The notes beneath the pieces were generated by a model. It worked only from the letters and a program-made list of their open reading frames with translations. It made no database searches and was not told where the DNA came from. From assembly GCA_964561105.1 (NCBI GenBank), contig CAZLOH010000009.1:22679-86678 (forward strand): a DNA stretch of 64,000 nucleotides, in the 5' to 3' direction. Numbering within the stretch: position 1 is the first letter of the stretch; each line of letters starts with the position of its first letter. Below are positions 1 through 9,028 of the stretch, one piece after another. Origin of the DNA: an uncultured Bifidobacterium sp. GTDB taxonomy: Bacteria > Verrucomicrobiota > Verrucomicrobiia > Limisphaerales > JADLHS01. A program made the position numbers and the translations under genes.

Positions 1-64
1 ACGCGGGCGCTTTCAAAATGGAGGGTTTCTGTGGGCATGAGCGGTGCAGTGTGCCGGTCGGCGG

Positions 65-550
65 TCAGGAATTGAGCGCGGCGCGGAGTTGGGCGGCGAG
101 TTCGGCCAGCGCCTGCGGCACGACGGTGGTGTTGGCAATGACGGCCATGAAGTTCGTGTCCCCGTTCCAGCGCGGCACGATGTGGATGTGCAGGTGATCG
201 GCGACGCCGGCGCCGGCGACTTTGCCGAGATTGATGCCGACGTTGAATCCTTCGGGCTTCATCTCCTGCTGGAGCACGTTCAGGCAGCGACGGGTGAGTT
301 TCCAGAGATCGGCTAGTTCCTCATCGGTCAGGCCGTTGAGATCGGGCGATTGTTTGTAGGGCACGACCAGCACGTGGCCCCCGGTGTAGGGATAGCGATT
401 GAGCAACGCATAGCAGGTGCGGTCGCGCGCGATCACCAGATTGGCGACGTCGTCGCTCGACCGGGCGATGTCGGCAAAGAGGTTTCCGCCGTCGCAGTTT
501 TTGGGCGCGCGGATGTATTCGATTCGCCAGGGGGCGTGGAGTGGTTCCAT
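65..550 (-). CDS. HIT (histidine triad) family nucleotide hydrolase/phosphorylase
   Basis: ORF 65..586. Histidine-triad motif 'HLHIHIVPR' and N-terminal 'APWRIEYI'. The ORF-track start at 586 is TTG; the first ATG at 550 gives 'MEPLHAPWR'. Confidence 0.85.
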   Translation of the reverse strand: MEPLHAPWRIEYIRAPKNCDGGNLFADIARSSDDVANLVIARDRTCYALLNRYPYTGGHVLVVPYKQSPDLNGLTDEELADLWKLTRRCLNVLQQEMKPEGFNVGINLGKVAGAGVADHLHIHIVPRWNGDTNFMAVIANTTVVPQALAELAAQLRAALNS

Positions 551-602
551 GCGGGCGAGATTACGAACGGGCGGCGGGAATGTCAAAAGGGCGTACGCGC
601 GT

Positions 603-1796
603 TTACGCGGCTTTCTGCGCGGGGTATTTGCCGCGCAGTACGTACACCAGCGCTTTGACGGCGAGTTCGAGAAAATGAAACGGCTTGGCGATGAAATCGT
701 TGCCCCCGCTCATCATCGAACTGGTGCGATTCTCAAAGTCGTTGAGGCTGGTGACGAAGATGACGGGCGTGGTCTTGTAACGCGGCAAGGCGCGAAGTTT
801 CGAGCAGAGTTCAAAGCCATTCATCACGGGCATGTCCACGTCCAGAAAGATCAGGTCGTAGTTGCCTTCGGAGAGCAGCTTGAAGGCGAGTTGCGGGTCT
901 TCGATGCTGGTGGAGGTGAGCTTGGCGCGTTCGAGAGCGTGAGTGATGGCGCGTCGGGAAATGGCTTCATCGTCCACGACCAGGATGTTGGGCGGGGCGG
1001 AGGACTGGCGTTCGGGTGAGGCAACGTGGGTGAACAGATAGCCGAGAAAGTCCACGGCGGTGGCCACGGTGCGCAACGTCGAGGCGTTGATGGTGGCCGG
1101 CTTGGTGTGGAGTTCCTGAAGCAGCGCCTCAAGGGCTTCGCCCAGTTGGGCAATCACAAATAACCCCGCCAGATTGGCGTTGCCGGTGAGCGTATGCACG
1201 CGATGGTACAGGCTCTGTGCCTGATGGGCGCGAGCCGCTTCGGTATCGGCTTTGGACAGGGATTTCACGCCCGCGCGCAGGGCGGTCAGCGCCTCGGGAA
1301 GGGTTTTGACAAAGGAAAAAAGCAGCGCCGTCTGGAATTGTTCGTCGGCGGCTTGCACCGTATCCGGCAGGACCACGATCGGCGTGGCGCGGGGCGTGGA
1401 GGCGGCGGGTTGGGCGTGCGAATTGCCATTGATCCCGATGGTGCTGCGGATGGCTTCAATGACCTGTCGCGGCGAGCAATTCGCCTTGGAAAGACATTTG
1501 GTGGCGCCGGCCTTCCAGGCGTCCTGCACCATGTTGGTGAGGTAGGTGTTGGAAAAAACGATGAGCGGCAACGCCTGCCCACCCGGTTCGGCGCGCACAA
1601 CTTTCATCAACTCGACGCCGTTCATGCCGGGGAGCACCAGGTCCAGGAGGACGGCATCCGGTCCAAAACTTTTGATCAACTCCAGACCCCGCTCGCCCGT
1701 GTGGGCGATCTCCACCTGGAAGCCGTCCACCAACAACTTGTTCCGGTAGATGTTGGCAACAATCTGGTCGTCCTCGATGATCAGGACTTTTTTCAT
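603..1796 (-). CDS. REC-Hpt-REC phosphorelay protein (two receiver domains flanking a histidine phosphotransfer domain)
   Basis: REC1 'VLIIEDD...DAVLLDLVLPGMNG'. Central Hpt-like 'HRVHTLTGNANLAG'. REC2 'ILVVDDE...DLIFLDVDMPVMNG...IAKP'. ATG at 1796 lies 2 nt after the upstream stop. Confidence 0.85.
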   Translation of the reverse strand: MKKVLIIEDDQIVANIYRNKLLVDGFQVEIAHTGERGLELIKSFGPDAVLLDLVLPGMNGVELMKVVRAEPGGQALPLIVFSNTYLTNMVQDAWKAGATKCLSKANCSPRQVIEAIRSTIGINGNSHAQPAASTPRATPIVVLPDTVQAADEQFQTALLFSFVKTLPEALTALRAGVKSLSKADTEAARAHQAQSLYHRVHTLTGNANLAGLFVIAQLGEALEALLQELHTKPATINASTLRTVATAVDFLGYLFTHVASPERQSSAPPNILVVDDEAISRRAITHALERAKLTSTSIEDPQLAFKLLSEGNYDLIFLDVDMPVMNGFELCSKLRALPRYKTTPVIFVTSLNDFENRTSSMMSGGNDFIAKPFHFLELAVKALVYVLRGKYPAQKAA

Positions 1797-1798
1797 GT

Positions 1799-4255
1799 TC
1801 AAGTCGGACCGGCCGCGTTGGAAGTCGGAGCCAGATAAGGCGCCAGGATTGTCAGGATGGATTTGAATTCGCGGCTGGTCTGGTCAAAGAGCTCCGCCGC
1901 GTTGGTAAGTTTGCCCTCGTGCCCCTGACGTTCCAGTTCGCGCAAGGGCACGATGATGCGTTGCATGCCGCAAGTGGCGCTGGCGCCGGCGCAACTGTGG
2001 GCGATGCGGCGCACGCCGGCCGCGTCGTTCGCCTTGATGGCGGCGTCGAGTTGCGCGAGCTGCTCCGTGGTTTGTTTCGCGTACAGGGAGACGAGTTCGG
2101 TGAGATTCTCCGGATTGCCGTCGGTGAACTCGTGCAAACGGTCCATGTCAACCGGTGGTTTCTCGTTCATGGTTTTGTCGGTGCTAACCAGCACGTTGGC
2201 CGATTCCCGGACTGAATCCCGCGCCCCGGCCGCGTTGCCCAGCGTCGCCTTCGGCCCCCAGCGTTCGAGCACCGCGCGAATATCCTCCGGGCGCACGGGC
2301 TTGGCGAGATAATCGTCCATGCCGGCTTCGAGACATTTTTCCCGATCTCCCGCCATGGCGCTGGCGGTCATGGCCACGATCACCAGGTGCGGTTTGTAAT
2401 TGGGATGCCGGGCCGGTTCTTTTTGTCGCCGGCGGATTTGCCGCGTGGCTTCCAAGCCGTCCATTTCCGGCATCATCACGTCCATGAATATCAGGTCGTA
2501 GGGCGCGGAATCAATGGCAGAAAGCGCCTCCACGCCGTTGCCGGTGACCTTGGCGGCATAACCCATCTGGGTGAGCAGCCGGGCGGCGACCTTCTGGTTG
2601 ATGAGGTTGTCATCACAGAGCAGGACGCGCAGGGGCATCCGGGCGGCGAGTTGGGGATCGAGCTTGGTGGTGGCGGGTTTGGTTTTCTCCATGGTGCGAG
2701 TGCCTGAGAGGACACGGATGAGTGATTCGAAAAGTTGAACGGGTTTGATCGGCTTGGTCAGACAGGTGGCAAAGCCCGCCTGCACAAAATCGGCGCTGTC
2801 GCTGCGGATGCCCATTGAACTAAGCAAGACCAGGGGCAGTTGGGCGTGCGGGGGCAGCTTGCGAATCTCCGCCGCGAGCATGAAGCCATCCATGCCGGGC
2901 ATTTGCATGTCGAGCAGGGCGAGATCGAACGTCTCGCCGCGCCGCAACCATTCCAACGCCTGCAAGCCGGTTTGGGCGGCGCGGGTGTTCATGCCCCACT
3001 TGCTGGTTTGCAGAGACAGGATGCGGCAATTGGTGGGATTGTCGTCCACGATCAGCAGACGCAGATCGGCCAGCTCAGGTTGTTTGCGGTCCAGCGTGGA
3101 AGGAGTGTCGCCCGTGGCCGGCAGCAGCGCCAGCGTGAAATTGAAACTCGACCCCTTGCCGTGGCTGCTCTCCACCCACATTTCTCCGCCCATCAAAGCC
3201 ACGAGCCGATGACTGATGGCCAGACCCAATCCCGTGCCGCCAAAGCGCCGCGCCGTGGAGGCATCGGCCTGGGCGAACGGCCGGAACAATTTTGCGATTC
3301 GATCCGGCGGAATGCCGATGCCGGTATCCTGCACCGAGAACTGCAACTGCCACGGTTGCGTGACGTCGGTTCGGTCGGCCGGTGGCGCAATCACTTTCAC
3401 CGAGGCAACGATCTCGCCGTGCCGGGTGAACTTGACGGCGTTGCCCAGCAGATTGATCAGAATCTGACGCAGGCGCGTGACATCACCCAGGACGTGAGCC
3501 GGCACGCCATCTTCGAGTTGGTAGGCGAGTTCGAGTTTTTTCTCGGCCGCCGGCGCGGCGATCAGGTCAAAGGCCTCCTCGATGACGCTCCGCAGATTGA
3601 CCGGGCAGGATTCCAGTTCGAGCCGGCCGGATTCAATTTTCGAGAAATCGAGAATGTCGTTGATGATGGTGAGCAGGGATTCGCTGCTCGCGTAAATCGT
3701 ATCCACATAGCTGCGTTGGTCCGGCGTGAGCGGGGTTTCGAGCAACAGCCCGGCCATGGCGATCACGCCATTCATCGGCGTGCGAATCTCGTGGCTCATG
3801 TTGGCCAGGAATTCGGCCTTGGCGCGCCCGGCCTGTTCGGCGGCATTGCGCGCCGCGAGCAGGGCGTCATGGGTTAACTTCGCGCGCAACACGGCGCGAA
3901 CCCGCGCCCGCAGTTCGTCAGGTTCGCACGGATGCGTCAGGCAGTCGGCCGCGCCCAACTCCAATCCGCGCACCTTGCCGGCCGCATCCTCGGCGCGCCC
4001 CAGCAGGATCACCGGCACGCTGCCACCCGACGGCAAACTCTTGAGCTGGCCGAGTTGCTCCACTCCGTTCGCGTCGGACGGGCTGAGCGCCAGCAGAACG
4101 AGATCGTGCGACTCCTCCTGCAGCCGGGATAATGCGTTCGCCGTAGTGGGGACATGAGAAAAGGCGAAGTCATCGCCGGCAAAGGCGACGTTCATGGTTT
4201 CCGGCAGCGACGGATCATCGCCAACCAGCAGAACCCTCACAGCGGATGAATTCAT
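1799..4255 (-). CDS. Hybrid sensor histidine kinase (pseudo-REC, HisKA, HATPase, REC, REC, Hpt)
   Basis: H-box '[12 protein letters not shown]'. G-boxes 'DTGIGIP' and '[13 protein letters not shown]'. Two canonical receivers ('[13 protein letters not shown]', '[13 protein letters not shown]'). C-terminal Hpt '[11 protein letters not shown]'. ATG at 4255 ('[14 protein letters not shown]'). Confidence 0.9.
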   Translation of the reverse strand: MNSSAVRVLLVGDDPSLPETMNVAFAGDDFAFSHVPTTANALSRLQEESHDLVLLALSPSDANGVEQLGQLKSLPSGGSVPVILLGRAEDAAGKVRGLELGAADCLTHPCEPDELRARVRAVLRAKLTHDALLAARNAAEQAGRAKAEFLANMSHEIRTPMNGVIAMAGLLLETPLTPDQRSYVDTIYASSESLLTIINDILDFSKIESGRLELESCPVNLRSVIEEAFDLIAAPAAEKKLELAYQLEDGVPAHVLGDVTRLRQILINLLGNAVKFTRHGEIVASVKVIAPPADRTDVTQPWQLQFSVQDTGIGIPPDRIAKLFRPFAQADASTARRFGGTGLGLAISHRLVALMGGEMWVESSHGKGSSFNFTLALLPATGDTPSTLDRKQPELADLRLLIVDDNPTNCRILSLQTSKWGMNTRAAQTGLQALEWLRRGETFDLALLDMQMPGMDGFMLAAEIRKLPPHAQLPLVLLSSMGIRSDSADFVQAGFATCLTKPIKPVQLFESLIRVLSGTRTMEKTKPATTKLDPQLAARMPLRVLLCDDNLINQKVAARLLTQMGYAAKVTGNGVEALSAIDSAPYDLIFMDVMMPEMDGLEATRQIRRRQKEPARHPNYKPHLVIVAMTASAMAGDREKCLEAGMDDYLAKPVRPEDIRAVLERWGPKATLGNAAGARDSVRESANVLVSTDKTMNEKPPVDMDRLHEFTDGNPENLTELVSLYAKQTTEQLAQLDAAIKANDAAGVRRIAHSCAGASATCGMQRIIVPLRELERQGHEGKLTNAAELFDQTSREFKSILTILAPYLAPTSNAAGPT

Positions 4256-4552
4256 GGCACGAGCAAAGTAAAACAATCGCGACGGCGCGGGCGCAGTTCA
4301 CGAATCGGTTGAGTTTTAGCACGTTCAACACCAACCGCCCGACGGCTGAACGCATCACCCGCGCGGTCAAGCAACCTTGGAAAATCGAGTCGGCCCGGGG
4401 GCGAAGTCGAAGCGGCCGGCACAGCCACCCGGCCGCAATCCAATCCGGTTGACCCGATTCAAGACAAATCCTCCGACGGACAAGACAGAAATGGGCTGCG
4501 GGAGTGGAAAGAATCGTTGCGTCGGCTCGTTGGCGCGGCTTACAGTTCGCGC

Positions 4553-5581
4553 ATGGTTCAACCCGCAATCGAACCCCAAACCGCCGATGCAACGTCTTCG
4601 CTGCGCGACCGGTATGTGAAAGCGTTTCGCACGATGCTGCTCGCGCGCCTGCTGGACGACAAACTCGCCAGCCTCTATCGCGCGGGAAAAATTCACGGCG
4701 GGGTTTTCCTCGGGCGCGGCCAGGAGGCGTTGAGCGTGTCCATTGGACTCGCCTTGCGCGAGGGGGATATTTTCGCCCCGTTGATTCGGGACCTGGCCGG
4801 ACGACTCGCGTTCAAGGAAACCATCCTCGACTCCGTGCGCACGTATTTTGGCTCGATGCTCGGCCCCATGCGCGGGCGCGACGGCAACATTCATCGCGGT
4901 CGGCCACGCGAGGGTTTGCACGCCATGATCAGCCACCTCGGCGCCATGATCTCGGTGGTCAACGGCGGTTTGTTCGCGCGCCGGATGAAGGGCATCACCG
5001 GCACCGTCGGGGTTGCCTGTTGCGGAGATGGCGCCACATCCACCGGCGCTTTCCACGAAGCCTTGAATCAGGCCGCGGTGGAAAAACTTCCCCTCGTGCT
5101 GGTGGTGGCTGACAACCAATACGCTTATTCCACCCCCACGTCGTTGCAGTTCGCCTGCAAATCCCTCTCGGACCGCGCGGCGGGCTACGGTGTGACGGGC
5201 CACGAAGTGGATGGCACGGACCTGGGTGACTGCCAGCGCGTTGTCGGCGATGCCATCGCGCGCGCGCGGACCGACCAGGGGCCGCAACTGGTCGTGGCGC
5301 GCTTGCTCCGGCTCTGCGGACACGGCGAGCACGATGACTCCAGTTACATCGAAGCCAGCTTGAAACTTTCCCGTCTCGGGCGCGACTGCCTCAAGGTGGC
5401 CGAGGATTTTGTGTTGCAACAGGAATGGGCCGATCCCACGCAGGTGGCGCGTTGGCGCGGCGAAATGGTGCAAAAAATCGAGGAAGCCGTCGCCATGGTG
5501 CAACGTGAGCCAGTGCCCGACCCCTTCGCGGAAACATGGCAGCCCTTGTCCACCGCGCAACTGACGGAAGGTCATGAGTAA
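4553..5581 (+). CDS. 2-oxoacid (pyruvate/branched-chain/acetoin type) dehydrogenase E1 alpha subunit, TPP-dependent
   Basis: TPP motif 'GDGATSTGAFHEALNQAAVEKLPLVLVVADNQYA'. ATG at 4553; the ORF-track start at 4517 is TTG. Confidence 0.85.
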   Translation: MVQPAIEPQTADATSSLRDRYVKAFRTMLLARLLDDKLASLYRAGKIHGGVFLGRGQEALSVSIGLALREGDIFAPLIRDLAGRLAFKETILDSVRTYFGSMLGPMRGRDGNIHRGRPREGLHAMISHLGAMISVVNGGLFARRMKGITGTVGVACCGDGATSTGAFHEALNQAAVEKLPLVLVVADNQYAYSTPTSLQFACKSLSDRAAGYGVTGHEVDGTDLGDCQRVVGDAIARARTDQGPQLVVARLLRLCGHGEHDDSSYIEASLKLSRLGRDCLKVAEDFVLQQEWADPTQVARWRGEMVQKIEEAVAMVQREPVPDPFAETWQPLSTAQLTEGHE

Positions 5582-5593
5582 GGCCGGGCGAGC

Positions 5594-6559
5594 ATGAGCA
5601 TCACCTACCTCGACGCCATTCGCGAGGCCCAGGCAAGAGCGCTGGCGGAGGATCCGCGCGTCTTCATTTATGGCCAGGACATCGGCGCGTTTGGCGGCGC
5701 CCACAAGGCCACGAAGAATCTCGCCCGCGATTTTCCGGGCCGGGTCTTGGATTCGCCCATCAGCGAGGACGCGATGATCGGTCTGGCCATCGGCGCGGCG
5801 ATTGAAGGGATGCGACCGATTGTGGAAATGCAGTTCGCCGACTTTTCCACGGTCGGTTTCAACCAGATCGTGAACCAGGCGGCGACCCTGTTCTGGCGCA
5901 CGAATGTGCCGTGTCCCATCACGGTCCGCCTGCCGTCCGGCGGCACTTCGGGCGGCGGCCCGTTCCATAGTCAAAGTCTCGAAACCATTTACGCGCATTA
6001 CCCCGGGCTGGTGGTGCTGACCCCGGCCACGGTGGAGGACGCCTACAGCATGTTGCTCGCGGCCGTGGCCATTGACGATCCGGTGATCTTTTGCGAACAC
6101 AAATTCCTGTACCGCCATCTCAAGGCCGAGAAACTGCCCAGCGAGGCGTTGCCGGTGGGCAAGGCCCGCATCGCGCGGGAAGGCCGGGACATCACCATCG
6201 TGGCGTACAGCGCCATGGTCCACGAAGCGCTCGAAGCGGCAACGGAGCTGGCGGCGGAAGGCTGGGAGGCGGAGGTGGTGGATTTGCGCTCCGTGAAACC
6301 GCTCGACACGGACACGATGGTCGCGAGCGTCGCGCGCACGGGAAGATTGCTTTGTGTCGGCGAAGCCTGGCCGTGGGGCGGGGTGACGGCGGAAATCATC
6401 GCCCGCGTCACCAGCGAGGGTTTCGGTCTGTTGGACACGCCACCCGAACGGCTCAATGCCAAGGACACGCCCGTGCCGTATCATCCGAATTTGTGGGCGG
6501 TGCATCGGCCGACCGCCCGGGCCATCGCCGCCGCCGCGCGCAAAGTTTTGAGGCGTTGA
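5594..6559 (+). CDS. 2-oxoacid dehydrogenase E1 beta subunit
   Basis: Transketolase-like 'DSPISEDAMIGLAIGAAIEGMRPIVEMQFADF'. Lies 12 nt after the E1 alpha stop. Confidence 0.9.
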   Translation: MSITYLDAIREAQARALAEDPRVFIYGQDIGAFGGAHKATKNLARDFPGRVLDSPISEDAMIGLAIGAAIEGMRPIVEMQFADFSTVGFNQIVNQAATLFWRTNVPCPITVRLPSGGTSGGGPFHSQSLETIYAHYPGLVVLTPATVEDAYSMLLAAVAIDDPVIFCEHKFLYRHLKAEKLPSEALPVGKARIAREGRDITIVAYSAMVHEALEAATELAAEGWEAEVVDLRSVKPLDTDTMVASVARTGRLLCVGEAWPWGGVTAEIIARVTSEGFGLLDTPPERLNAKDTPVPYHPNLWAVHRPTARAIAAAARKVLRR

Positions 6560-6565
6560 ATCGTT

Positions 6566-7759
6566 ATGCTGCAAATTCCCATCATCATGCCGCAGCTCGG
6601 TGAATCTATCGCCGAGGCCACCATCGTGAGCTTCCTCGTCCAACCGGGCGACGCTGTCGAGGCGGATCAAAACTTGTTCGAGGTCGAGACGGATAAAGCC
6701 ACCATGACCGTCGCCGCGCCCTGCAAAGGCCGGATCAAAAACCTCACCGCGCAATTGAACGAGAGTTATGCCGTCGGCGCGGTGCTCGGGGAGATCGAAG
6801 CGACCAAGGAGGAAGCCGCGCGGTCGGGGCTGGACGTTCCCGCGCCGACAAAATCGTCGGACACCGAACGACTGGCCGCCACTGATCCCAGCGCGCAGAA
6901 ACGTGGCGTTCAACCAACCGTGCGCGGTTTGCCCGTGCCGGCCCATGCCGCCGGCGCGAGTTATCTGTCACCCCGGCTCAAGGCGCGCATGGATGAACTC
7001 GGCTTGCACGCGGCGGATCTGGCCGGTGTGGCCGGGAGTGGCGCGGCGGGGCGCGTGACCATCGAGGATTTTGAGAAATACATCAACAACCTGGAGCAGC
7101 ACAAACTGACCCCCGCCTCCAGCATGCGCGTGGCGGTGGCGGATGCGATGCGCCGGAGTTGGTCGCGGCCGCTGGCGACGGTCGGCATGCCGGTGAACAT
7201 GGACCCGCTCCTCGCGCATCGCAAAGGGCAGACGGTGAAGCCGGGGCCCGCGCTCTACGGCCTGCGCGCCCTGGCCATCGCACTTTCCGAGAACAGCGCA
7301 CCTGCCGGGCGTTTGGTGGGGAGCCAGATCGTGCATCCGTCGGCGATTGATGTCGGCTTCGCGGTGGAAGCTGAAGATGGTGTCTTGGTGCCCGTGCTCC
7401 GCAATGCGGACAAGCAGAAGCTCACCGACCTCGTGGAGCGCTACGACGAGCTGGTGGAACTGGCCCGCCAACGAAAACTCCCCGCCGACGCCACGGGCGG
7501 TTCGATCGCCACCATCACGAATTACGGCACGTTCGGCCTCACGCTGGCGACGCCGATTCCTTTGCCGGAACAGACCCTGGTGCTCGGCATGGGCGCCGGG
7601 CGGAAAGCGGGACGATGGGACGATGCCCGGGCGCAGTTCGTGCCCGTCACCGAGGCGCACCTGACGTTGAGTTTCGACCACCGCGTGCTGGATGGCGGCG
7701 CGGCGGGACGGTTGCTGGGCCGCGTGGTGCATCTGATGATGCATCCGGACGAACTCTAA
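6566..7759 (+). CDS. Dihydrolipoamide acyltransferase E2 component
   Basis: Lipoyl domain 'EVETDKATMTV'. Catalytic 'SFDHRVLDGG'. Follows E1 beta directly. Confidence 0.9.
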   Translation: MLQIPIIMPQLGESIAEATIVSFLVQPGDAVEADQNLFEVETDKATMTVAAPCKGRIKNLTAQLNESYAVGAVLGEIEATKEEAARSGLDVPAPTKSSDTERLAATDPSAQKRGVQPTVRGLPVPAHAAGASYLSPRLKARMDELGLHAADLAGVAGSGAAGRVTIEDFEKYINNLEQHKLTPASSMRVAVADAMRRSWSRPLATVGMPVNMDPLLAHRKGQTVKPGPALYGLRALAIALSENSAPAGRLVGSQIVHPSAIDVGFAVEAEDGVLVPVLRNADKQKLTDLVERYDELVELARQRKLPADATGGSIATITNYGTFGLTLATPIPLPEQTLVLGMGAGRKAGRWDDARAQFVPVTEAHLTLSFDHRVLDGGAAGRLLGRVVHLMMHPDEL

Positions 7760-7784
7760 ACGCCGTCGCTGAACCGGTGGATTC

Positions 7785-8162
7785 ATGACTGACGAACTCC
7801 AGGTGGTGGCGGCGAAACTCGGACTGGAGAAATTCAAACGGCACATCTTTCTCTGCGCCGACCAGACCGAGCCGAATTGTTGCACGAAAGCGCAGGGGCT
7901 TGCGTCCTGGGAATTCTTGAAGCGCCGCCTGAAGGAGCTGGGGTTGGTCGGTCCACAGCCGCTGGTGTATCGCACCAAGGCCAACTGTCTGCGGGTCTGC
8001 ATCCGCGGCCCCATCGCCGTGGTTTATCCCGAGGGTGTTTGGTATCACTCCTGCACGCCCGAGGTCCTGGAACGCATTATTCAGGAACATCTGCTCGGGG
8101 GGCGGCCGCTCGCGGAATTCGCGTTCGCCCGGAATCCGTTGACCGAGCCGGGTAATAGTTAG
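7785..8162 (+). CDS. Thioredoxin-like [2Fe-2S] ferredoxin-like protein
   Basis: 125 aa. Cys pattern '[12 protein letters not shown]...ANCLRVC' and 'VVYPEGVWY', typical of thioredoxin-like ferredoxins. Confidence 0.6.
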   Translation: MTDELQVVAAKLGLEKFKRHIFLCADQTEPNCCTKAQGLASWEFLKRRLKELGLVGPQPLVYRTKANCLRVCIRGPIAVVYPEGVWYHSCTPEVLERIIQEHLLGGRPLAEFAFARNPLTEPGNS

Positions 8163-8213
8163 ACAACCGACGCGGATGCTGCTACCAGTTGAACCAGACT
8201 TGATCGCGAACCC

Positions 8214-8891
8214 ATGGCCCGCTTGCTTCGTAAAAACGGGACGGATGAACCCGAGATTTTGGAACTAAACCTCGGCGTCAATCATTTCGGCCGCAATCCG
8301 GAGAATCATTTCCGCATCAACCACCCCACGGTGTCGTCGCGCCATTGCGATCTCACGCTCACGGCCGACGGCGTGTTGGTTCATGATCACGGCTCGACCA
8401 ACGGCACGTTCATCAATGGCGAGCCGGTCGAGCAGGGTGTCTTGCGGGCGGGCCAGATTCTGCGTCTGGGCGACGTGGAGTTGTTGGTGGAAACGATTGA
8501 CGTGCATATCGCCATTCCGGTGATCGAGCGCCCGATCCCGGCGCCGCCCGTGGTGTTGCCGGACGGCGACATTCTCTGTCCCCGCCACCCCGAAGCTCCT
8601 GTGGCGCATCGTTGCACGCACTGCCATTCCATTCTGTGCGACCGATGCGTCAAGCGCCTTCGCCGCCGGGGTGGTAAAACGCTCAAACTGTGCGCGCTTT
8701 GCAGCCATCCCGTCGAACTGCTGGGCCGGAGAAGCCAAAAAAGCGAACTCTGCTTTCGTTGCTCACCGCCACCATCAAGCTGCCGTTCTTGCGCGGCAAG
8801 AAGGAGGATTGAGCGGTTGAGGATCATTCGGCTCCAACTGGATGGAAAGGTCTGGAGGCATATCCTTGAGCGGAACGAGTGCGCCAATTAG
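8214..8891 (+). CDS. FHA domain protein with Cys-rich (zinc-ribbon-like) C-terminal region; 3' end probably frameshifted
   Basis: FHA core 'FGRNPENHFRINHPTVSSRHCDL...GSTNGTFING'. Cys cluster 'CPRH...CTHCHSILCDRC...CALC'. The tail after about 8727 has poor codon bias, and an alternative frame ends at 8812. Confidence 0.75.
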   Translation: MARLLRKNGTDEPEILELNLGVNHFGRNPENHFRINHPTVSSRHCDLTLTADGVLVHDHGSTNGTFINGEPVEQGVLRAGQILRLGDVELLVETIDVHIAIPVIERPIPAPPVVLPDGDILCPRHPEAPVAHRCTHCHSILCDRCVKRLRRRGGKTLKLCALCSHPVELLGRRSQKSELCFRCSPPPSSCRSCAARRRIERLRIIRLQLDGKVWRHILERNECAN

Positions 8892-8920
8892 TGGCGAGCG
8901 GTGAGGCCCGAGGCAGAATC

Positions 8921-8994
8921 CGTAGCCGCCGAGGTAACGAGGCGGAAACCTTCGTTTAAGCAAAGCCTTTCACCTCGTTATCGGGGTGGCTACG
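8921..8994. repeat. REP-like imperfect hairpin (22-nt arms, 30-nt loop) between convergent genes
   Basis: Arms 8921..8942 and 8973..8994 pair with 18 Watson-Crick pairs, 2 G-U pairs and 2 mismatches. 8923..8943 is identical to the reverse complement of 62912..62932. Confidence 0.7.
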
Positions 8995-9028
8995 AGGAGA
9001 ATGAATTTTGAGAGGCTCTCATGTCAGT

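Noticed and set aside
1-38. Possible start of a minus-strand gene ('MPTETLHFESAR...') running off the left edge, 26 nt downstream of the HIT stop.
   Set aside because: Only 12 codons are visible, which is too short to support a call.
4367-6946. Very long ORFs antisense to real genes. Examples: 4367..6946, 6968..8014, 13708..14790, 15338..16300, 16656..18206, 19592..20647, 25330..26400, 32504..33508, 52228..53346, 53674..55173, 55255..56619, 57019..58323, 61534..62988.
   Set aside because: Their products are Arg/Gly/His-rich with no motifs, and each lies opposite a gene with clear family signatures. Stop-poor antisense frames are expected in high-GC DNA.
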